From Auanema rhodensis (taxonomy: Eukaryota; Animalia; Nematoda): a stretch of DNA of 64,000 nt. A program made the position numbers and the translations under genes. Shown here piece by piece: positions 13,774 through 25,260 of this stretch (position 1 is its first letter; the number at the start of each line of letters is the position of its first letter). Under the pieces are notes generated by a model. The model had not been told where the DNA came from. It did no database searches and saw only the letters and a program-made list of their open reading frames with translations. The DNA is taken from NCBI GenBank assembly GCA_964057225.1, contig OZ059900.1, positions 26,412,001-26,476,000 of the forward strand, in the 5' to 3' direction.

Positions 13774-15605
13774 CTACAACAAGCACAAATAGTACAATTG
13801 GCGTTTTATTCTTGTTTTGTTATGTGGCATTTTTATATTCTCAGCCGTAACATTTTTTTTTCCAGCTCTTGCGAATATCCATCAATGGCTCATAAATTGA
13901 GGACGAATGATCAACCAACTGGTAAGAATTTGAAAATTTGAATAGTCTACATTTTTTTTTTTGCAGGTTGAATTGTTGTTTTGTATTTTGCTGGTTTTTT
14001 TATTGTTACATTATTCGATATATCAAATAAATCATTTATTATAATTACAATTGTTTATAACATTGAAAAGTTATACATTTAAATTTTCTGCATCTATTCA
14101 TTCATTAAAGTTGTCGGGATATCCACTCCATTTTACAAATACTTGACGTTTACCGCTTCGAGTACGCTCTTTTAAACCTTTTTCTATATAGTACTTGTTA
14201 CTTTTATTAGTAGCCAAGACAAGTTCAGGTTTATAGAATTTTCCCTTTATACGTTCACCATTATAATCTACAAGTTTATACACGGTTGGGTTTCCGGTTA
14301 CAACCTCATCAATTGTGAATCGCCATAGACTGCTCCTCTCTGCAAGTTTTTCTTAATTTTTAGAAAGTTGGATCTTATATATATTTCATATATCTTATAT
14401 ATAATTATATTTAAACTTTAAATTTTATATATAAATTATATTTAAATTTTAAATATATAAATTTGTTTTTAAATTTTATTTATTTTTTTATTTCTTTATT
14501 ATATTTATTAATAATGTTTGTTTACTTATTTTGTTTATTTTTTATTGTATTGTGTTTGTACTATTTTATTTGTATTTTTGAAGATCAATAAAATTTTTGC
14601 ATGTAGATAAATTTGTTCACCGTACTTGTTATGGGTAATTCAATGGAACACATATCGAAAGTTAATTCGATATGAAATACCAAAATTTAATGGAACACAT
14701 ATCGAAAGTTAATTCGATAAGAACGATATGAAATACCAAAATTCAATGGAACACATATCGAAGGTTAATTCGATAAGAATGACATTAAATTATTAATTTT
14801 TGAAATTACAAATTGTTATTAATTATATTTATTCTAACAAGTAAAAGTTTCAAATTAAAAGAAAAGACTAGTTTTAAATTTTATTTTACTAATATAACAA
14901 TACAATAACTAAATAGAGCACACATTGAAGGTGAATACAATAAGATTAACAAACAGTTGCGCTGACCTCAACGCCACGCATATCGATGGTTGATAAACAG
15001 TAATAACTGCACTGTGGGGGTTTAAATATAGTATAATCATTTTAACATTTCAAAAGTTTTAATTTCGTAATATAATCATTATTAAATATTCAAGAATGAA
15101 ATATTTTTCACATATAAAACGTTGGCAGTCATATGTTTTGTGCTACAATATGGGTGTAAAAGTATACTATGAATAATATATGAGCTATTAAGCAAAGTTT
15201 GAAAAGCCTAAATGTTTTACAGAGATGGCTGTTGTTTATGGCACAAACGGTAAACAATAATGTTTAAAGAGATGTAAAAACTAATTAATATGCAGATTGT
15301 TTACAGGTTCAGAGTGCGCCAACTGCTGGCAACTGTCGATGAGATGAGTATATCTGCATAAATATGCTGTAAAATCTAATTAATAAAAGAATTTCATCAG
15401 CAAACTTGATTGTAACACAATGGGTTGTACTTTACAAAAATCTTTGTATAAAAGGTTGGCAATTTTGCTACATTTACATTTCAGCTCTGCCAACTATCCG
15501 AGGATCCGACGTTTCACCATCTTCTGCCACTCTTTGCCAATCGCCATAGACTGCTCCTCTCTGCAAGTTTTTCTTAATTTTTAGAAAGTTGGATCTTTAG
15601 CGGAA

Positions 15606-16190
15606 ATGAAGCGTGCTGTACTTGCTGATGTGACAAATGTTGTGCGCAAATCGCCTGAACCTGAAGTACCACGACCACCCACACCAGCTCCAAATTTTAC
15701 AAGTTTTGGTATGAACCTTAACTTGTATTTTTTAAATCTTTAATTTAGATTCACCAATAAAGCAGATGGAGATTCTGAGAGAGAGCACTCCACCAAGGAG
15801 TGTATTAATGAGACCAATTTGTCTCTGCAAAACTTGTAGGGAATCATTGCAGGTTATAGACGAGTATCACTGTTTCAGCCTCTGTATAAAGTGTAGAGGA
15901 AGGAATGATGCGTTGGGTCTTTTGAAGGAATTTCGTCACTATAAGCCCGAAAATTTCTCTATTAATGTAAGCTTGCATATTTATTTATTTTCAATTTTAT
16001 CATTTTTTAGATGCGCTCTTATAACACCATGACGTGCAAGCAGTTGTTGAACAATATGGGCTATATTGTTATATATGCAGATGAGGCTACTGTAAAGACT
16101 TTTGGTTATAAGCAGAAGGTATTCTACTTTAAACTAAGTCCAGAAGCACTCAACCTGAACATGTTTATCCGCTTTGATCCTTCATTTTGA
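15606..16190 (+). CDS. Spliced D-box/Zn-finger protein, copy 3
   Basis: Copy shifted by 4834. Confidence 0.78.
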
Positions 16191-18022
16191 CTACAACAAG
16201 CACAAATAGTACAATTGGCGTTTTATTCTTGTTTTGTTATGTGGCATTTTTATATTCTCAGCCGTAACATTTTTTTTTCCAGCTCTTGCGAATATCCATT
16301 AATGGCTCATAAATTGAGGACGAATGATCAACCAACTGGTAAGAATTTGAAAATTTGAATAGTCTACATTTTTTTTTTTGCAGGTTGAATTGTTGTTTTG
16401 TATTTTGCTGGTTTTTTTATTGTTACATTATTCGATATATCAAATAAATCATTTATTATAATTACAATTGTTTATAACATTGAAAAGTTATACATTTAAA
16501 TTTTCTGCATCTATTCATTCATTAAAGTTGTCGGGATATCCACTCCATTTTACAAATACTTGACGTTTACCGCTTCGAGTACGCTCTTTTAAACCTTTTT
16601 CTATATAGTACTTGTTACTTTTATTAGTAGCCAAGACAAGTTCAGGTTTATAGAATTTTCCCTTTATACGTTCACCATTATAATCTACAAGTTTATACAC
16701 GGTTGGGTTTCCGGTTACAACCTCATCAATTGTGAATCGCCATAGACTGCTCCTCTCTGCAAGTTTTTCTTAATTTTTAGAAAGTTGGATCTTATATATA
16801 TTTCATATATCTTATATATAATTATATTTAAACTTTAAATTTTATATATAAATTATATTTAAATTTTAAATATATAAATTTGTTTTTAAATTTTATTTAT
16901 TTTTTTATTTCTTTATTATATTTATTAATAATGTTTGTTTACTTATTTTGTTTATTTTTTATTGTATTGTGTTTGTACTATTTTATTTGTATTTTTGAAG
17001 ATCAATAAAATTTTTGCATGTAGATAAATTTGTTCACCGTACTTGTTATGGGTAATTCAATGGAACACATATCGAAAGTTAATTCGATATGAAATACCAA
17101 AATTTAATGGAACACATATCGAAAGTTAATTCGATAAGAACGATATGAAATACCAAAATTCAATGGAACACATATCGAAGGTTAATTCGATAAGAATGAC
17201 ATTAAATTATTAATTTTTGAAATTACAAATTGTTATTAATTATATTTATTCTAACAAGTAAAAGTTTCAAATTAAAAGAAAAGACTAGTTTTAAATTTTA
17301 TTTTACTAATATAACAATACAATAACTAAATAGAGCACACATTGAAGGTGAATACAATAAGATTAACAAACAGTTGCGCTGACCTCAACGCCACGCATAT
17401 CGATGGTTGATAAACAGTAATAACTGCACTGTGGGGGTTTAAATATAGTATAATCATTTTAACATTTCAAAAGTTTTAATTTCGTAATATAATCATTATT
17501 AAATATTCAAGAATGAAATATTTTTCACATATAAAACGTTGGCAGTCATATGTTTTGTGCTACAATATGGGTGTAAAAGTATACTATGAATAATATATGA
17601 GCTATTAAGCAAAGTTTGAAAAGCCTAAATGTTTTACAGAGATGGCTGTTGTTTATGGCACAAACGGTAAACAATAATGTTTAAAGAGATGTAAAAACTA
17701 ATTAATATGCAGATTGTTTACAGGTTCAGAGTGCGCCAACTGCTGGCAACTGTCGATGAGATGAGTATATTTGCATAAATATGCTGTAAAATCTAATTAA
17801 TAAAAGAATTTCATCAGCAAACTTGATTGTAACACAATGGGTTGTACTTTACAAAAATCTTTGTATAAAAGGTTGGCAATTTTGCTACATTTACATTTCA
17901 GCTCTGCCAACTATCCGAAGATCCGACGTTTCACCATCTTCTGCCACTCTTTGCCAATCGCCATAGACTGCTCCTCTCTGCAAGTTTTTCTTAATTTTTA
18001 GAAAGTTGGATCTTTAGCGGAA

Positions 18023-18607
18023 ATGAAGCGTGCTGTACTTGCTGATGTGACAAATGTTGTGCGCAAATCGCCTGAACCTGAAGTACCACGACCACCCACA
18101 CCAGCTCCAAATTTTACAAGTTTTGGTATGAACCTTAACTTGTATTTTTTAAATCTTTAATTTAGATTCACCAATAAAGCAGATGGAGATTCTGAGAGAG
18201 AGCACTCCACCAAGGAGTGTATTAATGAGACCAATTTGTCTCTGCAAAACTTGTAGGGAATCATTGCAGGTTATAGACGAGTATCACTGTTTCAGCCTCT
18301 GTATAAAGTGTAGAGGAAGGAATGATGCGTTGGGTCTTTTGAAGGAATTTCGTCACTATAAGCCCGAAAATTTCTCTATTAATGTAAGCTTGCATATTTA
18401 TTTATTTTCAATTTTATCATTTTTTAGATGCGCTCTTATAACACCATGACGTGCAAGCAGTTGTTGAACAATATGGGCTATATTGTTATATATGCAGATG
18501 AGGCTACTGTAAAGACTTTTGGTTATAAGCAGAAGGTATTCTACTTTAAACTAAGTCCAGAAGCACTCAACCTGAACATGTTTATCCGCTTTGATCCTTC
18601 ATTTTGA
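18023..18607 (+). CDS. Spliced D-box/Zn-finger protein, copy 4
   Basis: Copy shifted by 7251. Confidence 0.78.
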
Positions 18608-19218
18608 CTACAACAAGCACAAATAGTACAATTGGCGTTTTATTCTTGTTTTGTTATGTGGCATTTTTATATTCTCAGCCGTAACATTTTTTTTTCCAGT
18701 TCTTGCGAATATCCATCAATGGCTCATAAATTGAGGACGAATGATCAACCAACTGGTAAGAATTTGAAAATTTGAATAGTCTACATTTTTTTTTTTGCAG
18801 GTTGAATTGTTGTTTTGTATTTTGCTGGTTTTTTTATTGTTATATTATTCGATATATCAAATAAATCATTTATTATAATTACAATTGTTTATAACATTGA
18901 AAAGTTATACATTTAAATTTTCTGCATCTATTCATTCATTAAAGTTGTCGGGATATCCACTCCATTTTACAAATACTTGACGTTTACCGCTTCGAGTACG
19001 CTCTTTTAAACCTTTTTCTATATAGTACTTGTTACTTTTATTAGTAGCCAAGACAAGTTCAGGTTTATAGAATTTTCCCTTTATACGTTCACCATTATAA
19101 TCTACAAGTTTATACACGGTTGGGTTTCCGGTTACAACCTCATCAATTGTGAATCGCCATAGACTGCTCCTCTCTGCAAGTTTTTCTTAATTTTTAGAAA
19201 GTTGGATCTTTAGCGGAA

Positions 19219-19803
19219 ATAAAGCGTGCTGTACTTGCTGATGTGACAAATGTTGTGCGCAAATCGCCTGAACCTGAAGTACCACGACCACCCACACCAG
19301 CTCCAAATTTTACAAGTTTTGGTATGAATCTTAACTTGTATTTTTTGAATCTTTAATTTAGATTCACCAATAAAGCAGATGGAGATTCTGAGAGAGAGCA
19401 CTCCACCAAGGAGTGTATTAATGAGACCAATTTGTCTCTGCAAAACTTGTAGGGAATCATTGCAGGTTATAGACGAGTATCACTGTTTCAGCCTCTGTAT
19501 AAAGTGTAGAGGAAGGAATGATGCGTTGGGTCTTTTGAAGGAATTTTGTCACTATAAGCCCGAAAATTTCTCTATTAATGTAAGCTTGCATATTTATTTA
19601 TTTTCAATTTTATCATTTTTTAGATGCGCTCTTATAACACCATGACGTGCAAGCAGTTGTTGAACAATATGGGCTATATTGTTATATATGCAGATGAGGC
19701 TACTGTAAAGACTTTTGGTTATAAGCAGAATGTATTCTACTTTAAACTAAGTCCAGAAGCACTCAACCTGAACATGTTTATCCGCTTTGATCCTTCATTT
19801 TGA
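19219..19803 (+). pseudogene. Fifth copy of the D-box/Zn-finger gene, start codon lost (ATG>ATA)
   Basis: Reads ggaaATAaagcgt here and ggaaATGaagcgt in the other copies. It also has R>C and K>N changes and lies 1196 bp after copy 4. Confidence 0.75.
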
Positions 19804-19932
19804 CTACAACAAGCACAAATAGTACAATTGGCGTTTTATTCTTGTTTTGTTATGTGGCATTTTTATATTCTCAGCCGTAACATTTTTTTTTCCAGCTCTT
19901 GCGAATATCCATCAGCTTATAACATTGAAAAA

Positions 19933-21000
19933 TCATACATTTAAATTTTCTGCATCTATCCATTCATTAAAGTTGTCGGGATATCCACTCCATTTTACAA
20001 ATACTTGACGTTTACCGCTTCGAGTACGCTCTTTTAAACCTTTTTCTATATAGTACTTGTTACTTTTATTAGTAGCCAAGACAAGTTCAGGTTCGTAGAA
20101 TATTCCCTCTATACGTTCACCATTATAATCTACAAGTTTATACACGGTTGGGTTTCCGGTTACAACCTCATCAATTGTGAATAGCTCCATTGTATATCCA
20201 GACTCGTAGCTTTTTTCAAAGGTACGCCTATTTTTGCTTATGCGAACAGTATCACCAATTTTAAAGCGGCTTTTAACAGCTGGTGCATATTCTTCAATGA
20301 ATATATTTGCTTTAACATCAATGGGCCGCATTTTTATGGAGCGGTTATAAGATTTGTTTGTTCCTTCAACCAAATCATCTAGGATATCAATCCAACGATG
20401 ATTATTCTTGTAATAGAGATATTTCATCATGCGTGTTTTTAAAGTTCTATTTGCTCGCTCCACCATTGCAGCCTTTTGTGGTGAACTTGTAGATCCGTGC
20501 AGTATGGCAAACTTTTTGAATAGTTTTTCACAATGACTATTATAAAACTCTGTGCCATTATCAGTAATCAACTGAATTGGTATAAAATTCTTGAATAAAT
20601 TTTCAAATGCTCTAGCAACCTCTATACCACCTTTAGTTTTCAAAGGCCTAACATATAACATGCGTGTATAAACATCAATCATGGTCAACATGTAAGCATA
20701 GCCGTCGTTTAATTTTTTATATTTTTGCATATCAACCAAATCTGCTTGCACTGTTAGAAATCGACCACAACCTCTAGTCTTTCTAGTCTGCATACGCATT
20801 CTGGTTGGTTTATGCCGTGTAAAAGTTTCAGAATCTTGCAAAAAATCATCAACTTGTACCTTTGAAATGCCATGTTTTCGTGCTTGCGATAATAAATTCT
20901 TGGCTGATGTATATGAAGCTGGGTTTTTTATATCGTAATAAATGCTCGCCAAAATATCATTTCCATAATCTAATGTAGAACCTTTTACGACCTTGGCCAT
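19933..21000 (-). CDS. Maverick retroviral-like DDE integrase with C-terminal chromodomain
   Basis: DDE triad in QADLVDM, TDNGTEF and VERANRTLK. Chromo-like VKWSGYPDNFNEWI. Probable ATG at 21000 (the ORF track extends to 21069). Confidence 0.96.
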   Translation of the reverse strand: MAKVVKGSTLDYGNDILASIYYDIKNPASYTSAKNLLSQARKHGISKVQVDDFLQDSETFTRHKPTRMRMQTRKTRGCGRFLTVQADLVDMQKYKKLNDGYAYMLTMIDVYTRMLYVRPLKTKGGIEVARAFENLFKNFIPIQLITDNGTEFYNSHCEKLFKKFAILHGSTSSPQKAAMVERANRTLKTRMMKYLYYKNNHRWIDILDDLVEGTNKSYNRSIKMRPIDVKANIFIEEYAPAVKSRFKIGDTVRISKNRRTFEKSYESGYTMELFTIDEVVTGNPTVYKLVDYNGERIEGIFYEPELVLATNKSNKYYIEKGLKERTRSGKRQVFVKWSGYPDNFNEWIDAENLNV

Positions 21001-21673
21001 TCTGTGAGTCTCCTTCTTGTGGTGTGTAATATGATTCGGCGGCAGTATCAAAAGTCTTTGACCCTTCACTTTTGAGTGTACGAACCGGTGATGGTGAATA
21101 TCGAATAACAGCTTTACGATGACGAGGCGTTCTAGGTAATATAGTAGAGTCCAAGTCTGTAACAGCCGGTTCAGCTCTAGTTACAACATCAACTGAATCA
21201 TTGTCAGCCGACTCTCTTCTAGTTTGTTTCTTGTTAGAACTAGGTACGCCTTTACTGGCTAAAAACTTTGACAAGACTGAAAATCCATTGGGCTCCGTTT
21301 TTGTTTTATCCATTACAAAATCTAAAATTTTTGTAATATTCGTGTTTGGTACAGCCTCATTATTAATCACAAGTTGATTACTCTTGTTTGTGCGCACCTC
21401 TGGAAATTTCTCCCACAAATTGTTATACTTTCTTGGCAACTTGTATTCTGGCAATAGAGTTGGATCAGCATTTTCCACTTGTACTGATATGGGCGCATCT
21501 ATACTTTCTCTATAGTTTTTGAGACGAGCAATCAAGTCTTCGTATAGTTCAGCCTTTTTATAGTCGGGTATAGCTCTTTTTTCTTGGAAAAGCTTGAGCT
21601 CTGCATCAAACTTGTCTATATTAATTGTTTCCTCGTCGACAGGAATTAGTCGATATTAATGGTTGAGCTTCAT
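20957..21673 (-). pseudogene. Maverick hypothetical (core-type) protein with a premature stop at codon 6
   Basis: ATG at 21673 overlaps the upstream stop (ATGA). Reads MKLNH*YRLIPVD..., in frame with the 192-aa ORF, and ends QNGQGRKRFYIRLWK. Confidence 0.7.
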
Positions 21674-21978
21674 GATTTAAAACCAAAATAGGCAATACCA
21701 CATGTAACTATTGTTTTCAATTGTTTGTGTGAAAGCGTTGCCAATAATGATTTAGCCTTTTCCGGTGTGCGTATCAAAGCTATTTGACGTAATAATGAAG
21801 ATATAGGCAAGAGGGTTTTATATTCCTTGTTAGTTAAAAGAAAATTATTATTTTTCACAATATTAAATACAATTTCAACAATAATTACAATTTGTGCAAA
21901 AGAAAATGAGGAAACAGAACAAGGAGTTTTGGCGCAAGAAGACAAAAAGTTGAAATTTGACAAAATACGACCACTCAT
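21670..21978 (-). CDS. Small Maverick conserved protein (PW-like)
   Basis: 102 aa with an IVEIVFNIVKNN motif, located just downstream of the ATPase. Confidence 0.65.
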   Translation of the reverse strand: MSGRILSNFNFLSSCAKTPCSVSSFSFAQIVIIVEIVFNIVKNNNFLLTNKEYKTLLPISSLLRQIALIRTPEKAKSLLATLSHKQLKTIVTCGIAYFGFKS

Positions 21979-21990
21979 TGAACAAGCACT

Positions 21991-22638
21991 TTAAACACTA
22001 AACACATTTCTGGCAACATAAACAATAGGGTTCTCCGCTGTTATATCAGATAGTATACGCTGCTTCTCACTTGTTAAAGGGTGATTGTCAATCAGTAAAT
22101 GACTATAGGGAGTAGACATTGCATCATCATACGCCTCTAGAGCATTTTTGAAACGTGGCCCAAATAATTGCTGCAGACAATTACGTATTTGTAATATATC
22201 TGAATGACTTTTCATCAGTATTATATATGTACTATTGATTCGACTGGTCCTGTCCAGTTGAAATGCCGCTTGCACAAGATTAAACACTGCCAAATTCCAG
22301 TGATGAGCCCATACTGTAAAAATGTTGTTGAGTAATTCCTTTGCTGCTTTATTCGATGAAAAAAAGTTCATCAAATCATCCAGCACTAGTATAGTATTTA
22401 CTCCCTTTTGTTCTTTTATCAAATCAGGATCAGGAGGCCCTTGAATAATTATTAAACGCTCATCATTTATTGGTACACCTGACGATGACCCACATTGACT
22501 GAACCAGAATATTCTATCAATGGGGACGTTGAAAAACTTTTCAGTATTTTCGCATATGTGCTTTATGAGGGTTGTTTTACCGCATTGGGTTGCCCCTATT
22601 ACAGTTGTCTGACTGGGTAGTTTGAAGCTGAAAACCAT
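21991..22638 (-). CDS. A32/FtsK-type DNA packaging ATPase
   Basis: Walker A GATQCGKT, Walker B ILVLDDL, plus HHWN and RTSRINSTYIIL motifs. Probable start MVFSFK at 22638. Confidence 0.94.
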   Translation of the reverse strand: MVFSFKLPSQTTVIGATQCGKTTLIKHICENTEKFFNVPIDRIFWFSQCGSSSGVPINDERLIIIQGPPDPDLIKEQKGVNTILVLDDLMNFFSSNKAAKELLNNIFTVWAHHWNLAVFNLVQAAFQLDRTSRINSTYIILMKSHSDILQIRNCLQQLFGPRFKNALEAYDDAMSTPYSHLLIDNHPLTSEKQRILSDITAENPIVYVARNVFSV

Positions 22639-22717
22639 AATAAACCACTTGTAAATGTACCTAAAATGCAAATGATTTCATTTGCAATAGTGTACACGTA
22701 TCAAGTGGTGGTTTGTC

Positions 22718-23577
22718 ATGGATGATTTTTACATTACTCTTTCATCATCAGTTGACTCTGAAAAAAGTAATACATCATCAGTGTTTCTTACCAGGTTACC
22801 TGAAACACTAAGGCTACGCAATAATAGATATTGCATTGGGCTGACAGACATCATTTTTCCTTGTTCTATATTAAATGTTCAAAAAGATTTATCTTATACA
22901 CTACGTTTTTCCAATAGAAAATTTATTCTGCACTTGCCTAAAGGCAACTATGCAAATGGTGATGAAATAATACGCGGAATCAATGCTGGAAGAGAATCAT
23001 TTATCGCCAACAATACAAAGCCTCTTGGAGCTGAGGAAGAAGCACGTATAAAAAGTTTAATAGATAAAGATGAAGATGTAAAAAAATGGTATAATAATCG
23101 CCAGGCTGAGGCTAAGCTAGTGGAGGAAATGCTCGCAGACGCCACATTTCAGTTTAACAAAACATTGCAGCGCATAGAGTTTGTAACAAGCAAGCGACTA
23201 TTAATGAATGCAAAGCTTGGTGATGATTTTGCATATTTTCTTGGTTTTGAAAATAAAAACATAAACGATACAATAATAGCCAGGCGTCCCATTGATTTTT
23301 CAAATAACATTAATACAATGTATATATATATTGTGATATTGTAGAATATTCCATTCTTGGTAATGTGAAAGCTAATTTACTTGCATGTTTACCTGTACCA
23401 CCTCCTACTGAATTTGGTAAAATGATTGCCAAAACATTTAATCCTATTCGTTATGTACCAATCACTAGACAAACACTCGATACCATACGTATTGAAATTT
23501 TAGATGAATTTGGTGGTCCTATGCAATTTAATTATGGTTCTACAGTTGTTACATTACATGTTAAAAATATGAAATAA
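22718..23577 (+). pseudogene. Minor capsid (penton-like) protein, frameshifted
   Basis: N-terminus FYITLSS...NTSSVF.TRLP. One extra AT in the (TA)n run at 23321-23330 breaks MYIYCDIVEYSILGNVKANLL. The C-terminus IRIEILDEFG...VVTLH is in the second ORF. Confidence 0.88.
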
Positions 23578-23582
23578 ACGTT

Positions 23583-24047
23583 TTATTCAACAGTTATACA
23601 ATACCACATTTTTATTTTCGAAGGTTTAAAAGATAGTTTAGGGCAGTTTTGTTTGTCGCTCGGCTCGTGTTGTGAATGTTCTCCGTCACTATTGCTGCGG
23701 CATCTTTTTGATTGGGTTGAATGTACAAACTCCTCAGCTTTTTCAAAGGGTTTGCTGGTATCATTTCCATCACCATCTTCACCATTCGTTCCATTATTTT
23801 TATGAATACGCCGAATATGACGCTCACAATTGAATCTTGTTCCAAAAGTTTCACTACAATGAGGGCACAAACGTCTACGAACACCATCCAAATGTCCATA
23901 TTTTTGAATAAAGTCAACATTACTGATATAATTGTTACATATGGGTTGAATCCCTGCATGTCTTTTCAAAACGTGATCACTAAAATGCTTGGTTGAAGAA
24001 AATATTTCCTTGCATGTACCACAATATTTGTTACATAAAAGTTCCAT
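23583..24047 (-). CDS. Protein with two C2H2 zinc fingers
   Basis: Fingers CGTCKEIFSSTKHFSDHVLKRH and CPHCSETFGTRFNCERHIRRIH. Probable start MELLCNK. Confidence 0.8.
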   Translation of the reverse strand: MELLCNKYCGTCKEIFSSTKHFSDHVLKRHAGIQPICNNYISNVDFIQKYGHLDGVRRRLCPHCSETFGTRFNCERHIRRIHKNNGTNGEDGDGNDTSKPFEKAEEFVHSTQSKRCRSNSDGEHSQHEPSDKQNCPKLSFKPSKIKMWYCITVE

Positions 24048-24300
24048 TAGAGGAAAATGAAAAACGACCACACGCAATCAACCCACTTTTATATAATGAG
24101 CAATAATATGACTAGTGTTGTACAAAAGCCCAATCCCAATGCTATACTTTTAATAAATGGCACTGAAATACATTTCAACATTCTCCTGTATAAAGGCGCT
24201 GGTTTAGATTGCTCCAACGTGTATTTGACACATAATTCACAGTGACAAGGAATATTCATAACTGATCACGTAATGTAGCAGGTTATTAATGACAAATTTC

Positions 24301-24756
24301 TTATATAGTAGCCAATTTATAGTCGAATACTTTATGCATAAACGCTTTAATAAAGACATCATCATTTTTCAATAGTTTAAAAAATGAACAAATGCTTTCA
24401 AATGAATTACCAGCCGACAACATTAGTATTACAAATACCACATAGCCACCACAAGTGTATTCAATTAAACGTTGTGGTTTGTAAGTATTAATTTTTACCT
24501 TTTTATATTTGGCCAGATAATTTTGAATGTACTTGTTCATTTTATATCCCAAGCTACAGAAAAAATAGGCTTGCTTGTTACGGACAAAGATGACCTGCCA
24601 ATGTGTGCCTGGCTTATCATGTGTGTCAGTATTTACGACAAGTGCAAAGTTTTTACGACGCGTTTTGGGTAGAGTATTAGCGCTATATACACCGAGGAAT
24701 AGTTTCCGAGTGCTGGGGACAGATTGTAATAGTGATACTATTTCAGACGAATACAT
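24301..24756 (-). CDS. Adenain/Ulp1-like maturation cysteine protease
   Basis: FLGVY, VVNTD..DKPGTHW (catalytic His) and Q...TCGGY (catalytic Cys). Probable start MYSSEI. Confidence 0.92.
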   Translation of the reverse strand: MYSSEIVSLLQSVPSTRKLFLGVYSANTLPKTRRKNFALVVNTDTHDKPGTHWQVIFVRNKQAYFFCSLGYKMNKYIQNYLAKYKKVKINTYKPQRLIEYTCGGYVVFVILMLSAGNSFESICSFFKLLKNDDVFIKAFMHKVFDYKLATI

Positions 24757-24807
24757 TTTAGTAGAATGATCTAGTGTAACTTTTGTATTGCGCGCGTGCG
24801 GTTCGAT

Positions 24808-25260
24808 ATGCCGCACCTCCTTTTGGATGTCAACTCTATTCAATGGACAACACTTTTAAATCAACAAATGGGTGGCGCCCCATTTAGCGGAATGATGTTT
24901 CAACGTGGAATGCAGAGGGGTCATGGTTTGGGTGGTATTTTGGCAACTTTGGCATCATTTCTACCACGCATCATTCAATCACCTATAGCCCAAAATCTCA
25001 TCAATGCCGGAAGAAACGCCTTATCCAGTGCTGTAAGCAATAGTCCAGTTGTAAATTCACCTCTTGGCGGACAGTTGCTGAAAACTGGTAATGAAATTGT
25101 CAATGGGGTGCTGAAAGGCGATAATATCAAGGAAACTCTTAAAACAGCCGGCCGGCAGGCTATACGAGATCTTACCGGTTTGGGTAAGCGGCGACAACGC
25201 AAAACCACAAAACCTCATAAGCGGTTGTGCATCACTCATGAGAGGTCGTTTCACATTTAA
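24808..25260 (+). CDS. Maverick Gly-rich/basic virion core-like protein
   Basis: QRGHGLGGIL motif, amphipathic helices and a basic tail, abutting the MCP start codon. Confidence 0.8.
   Translation: MPHLLLDVNSIQWTTLLNQQMGGAPFSGMMFQRGMQRGHGLGGILATLASFLPRIIQSPIAQNLINAGRNALSSAVSNSPVVNSPLGGQLLKTGNEIVNGVLKGDNIKETLKTAGRQAIRDLTGLGKRRQRKTTKPHKRLCITHERSFHI

Larger units (their letters stand above)
9560..19210. repeat. Four near-identical 2417-bp tandem units (inner TIR, spliced gene, integrase 3' fragment)
   Basis: Identical ORFs start at 10932, 13349, 15766 and 18183. Junctions gttggatctt|atatatat lie at 11959, 14376 and 16793. The start of the first unit is approximate. Confidence 0.95.
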
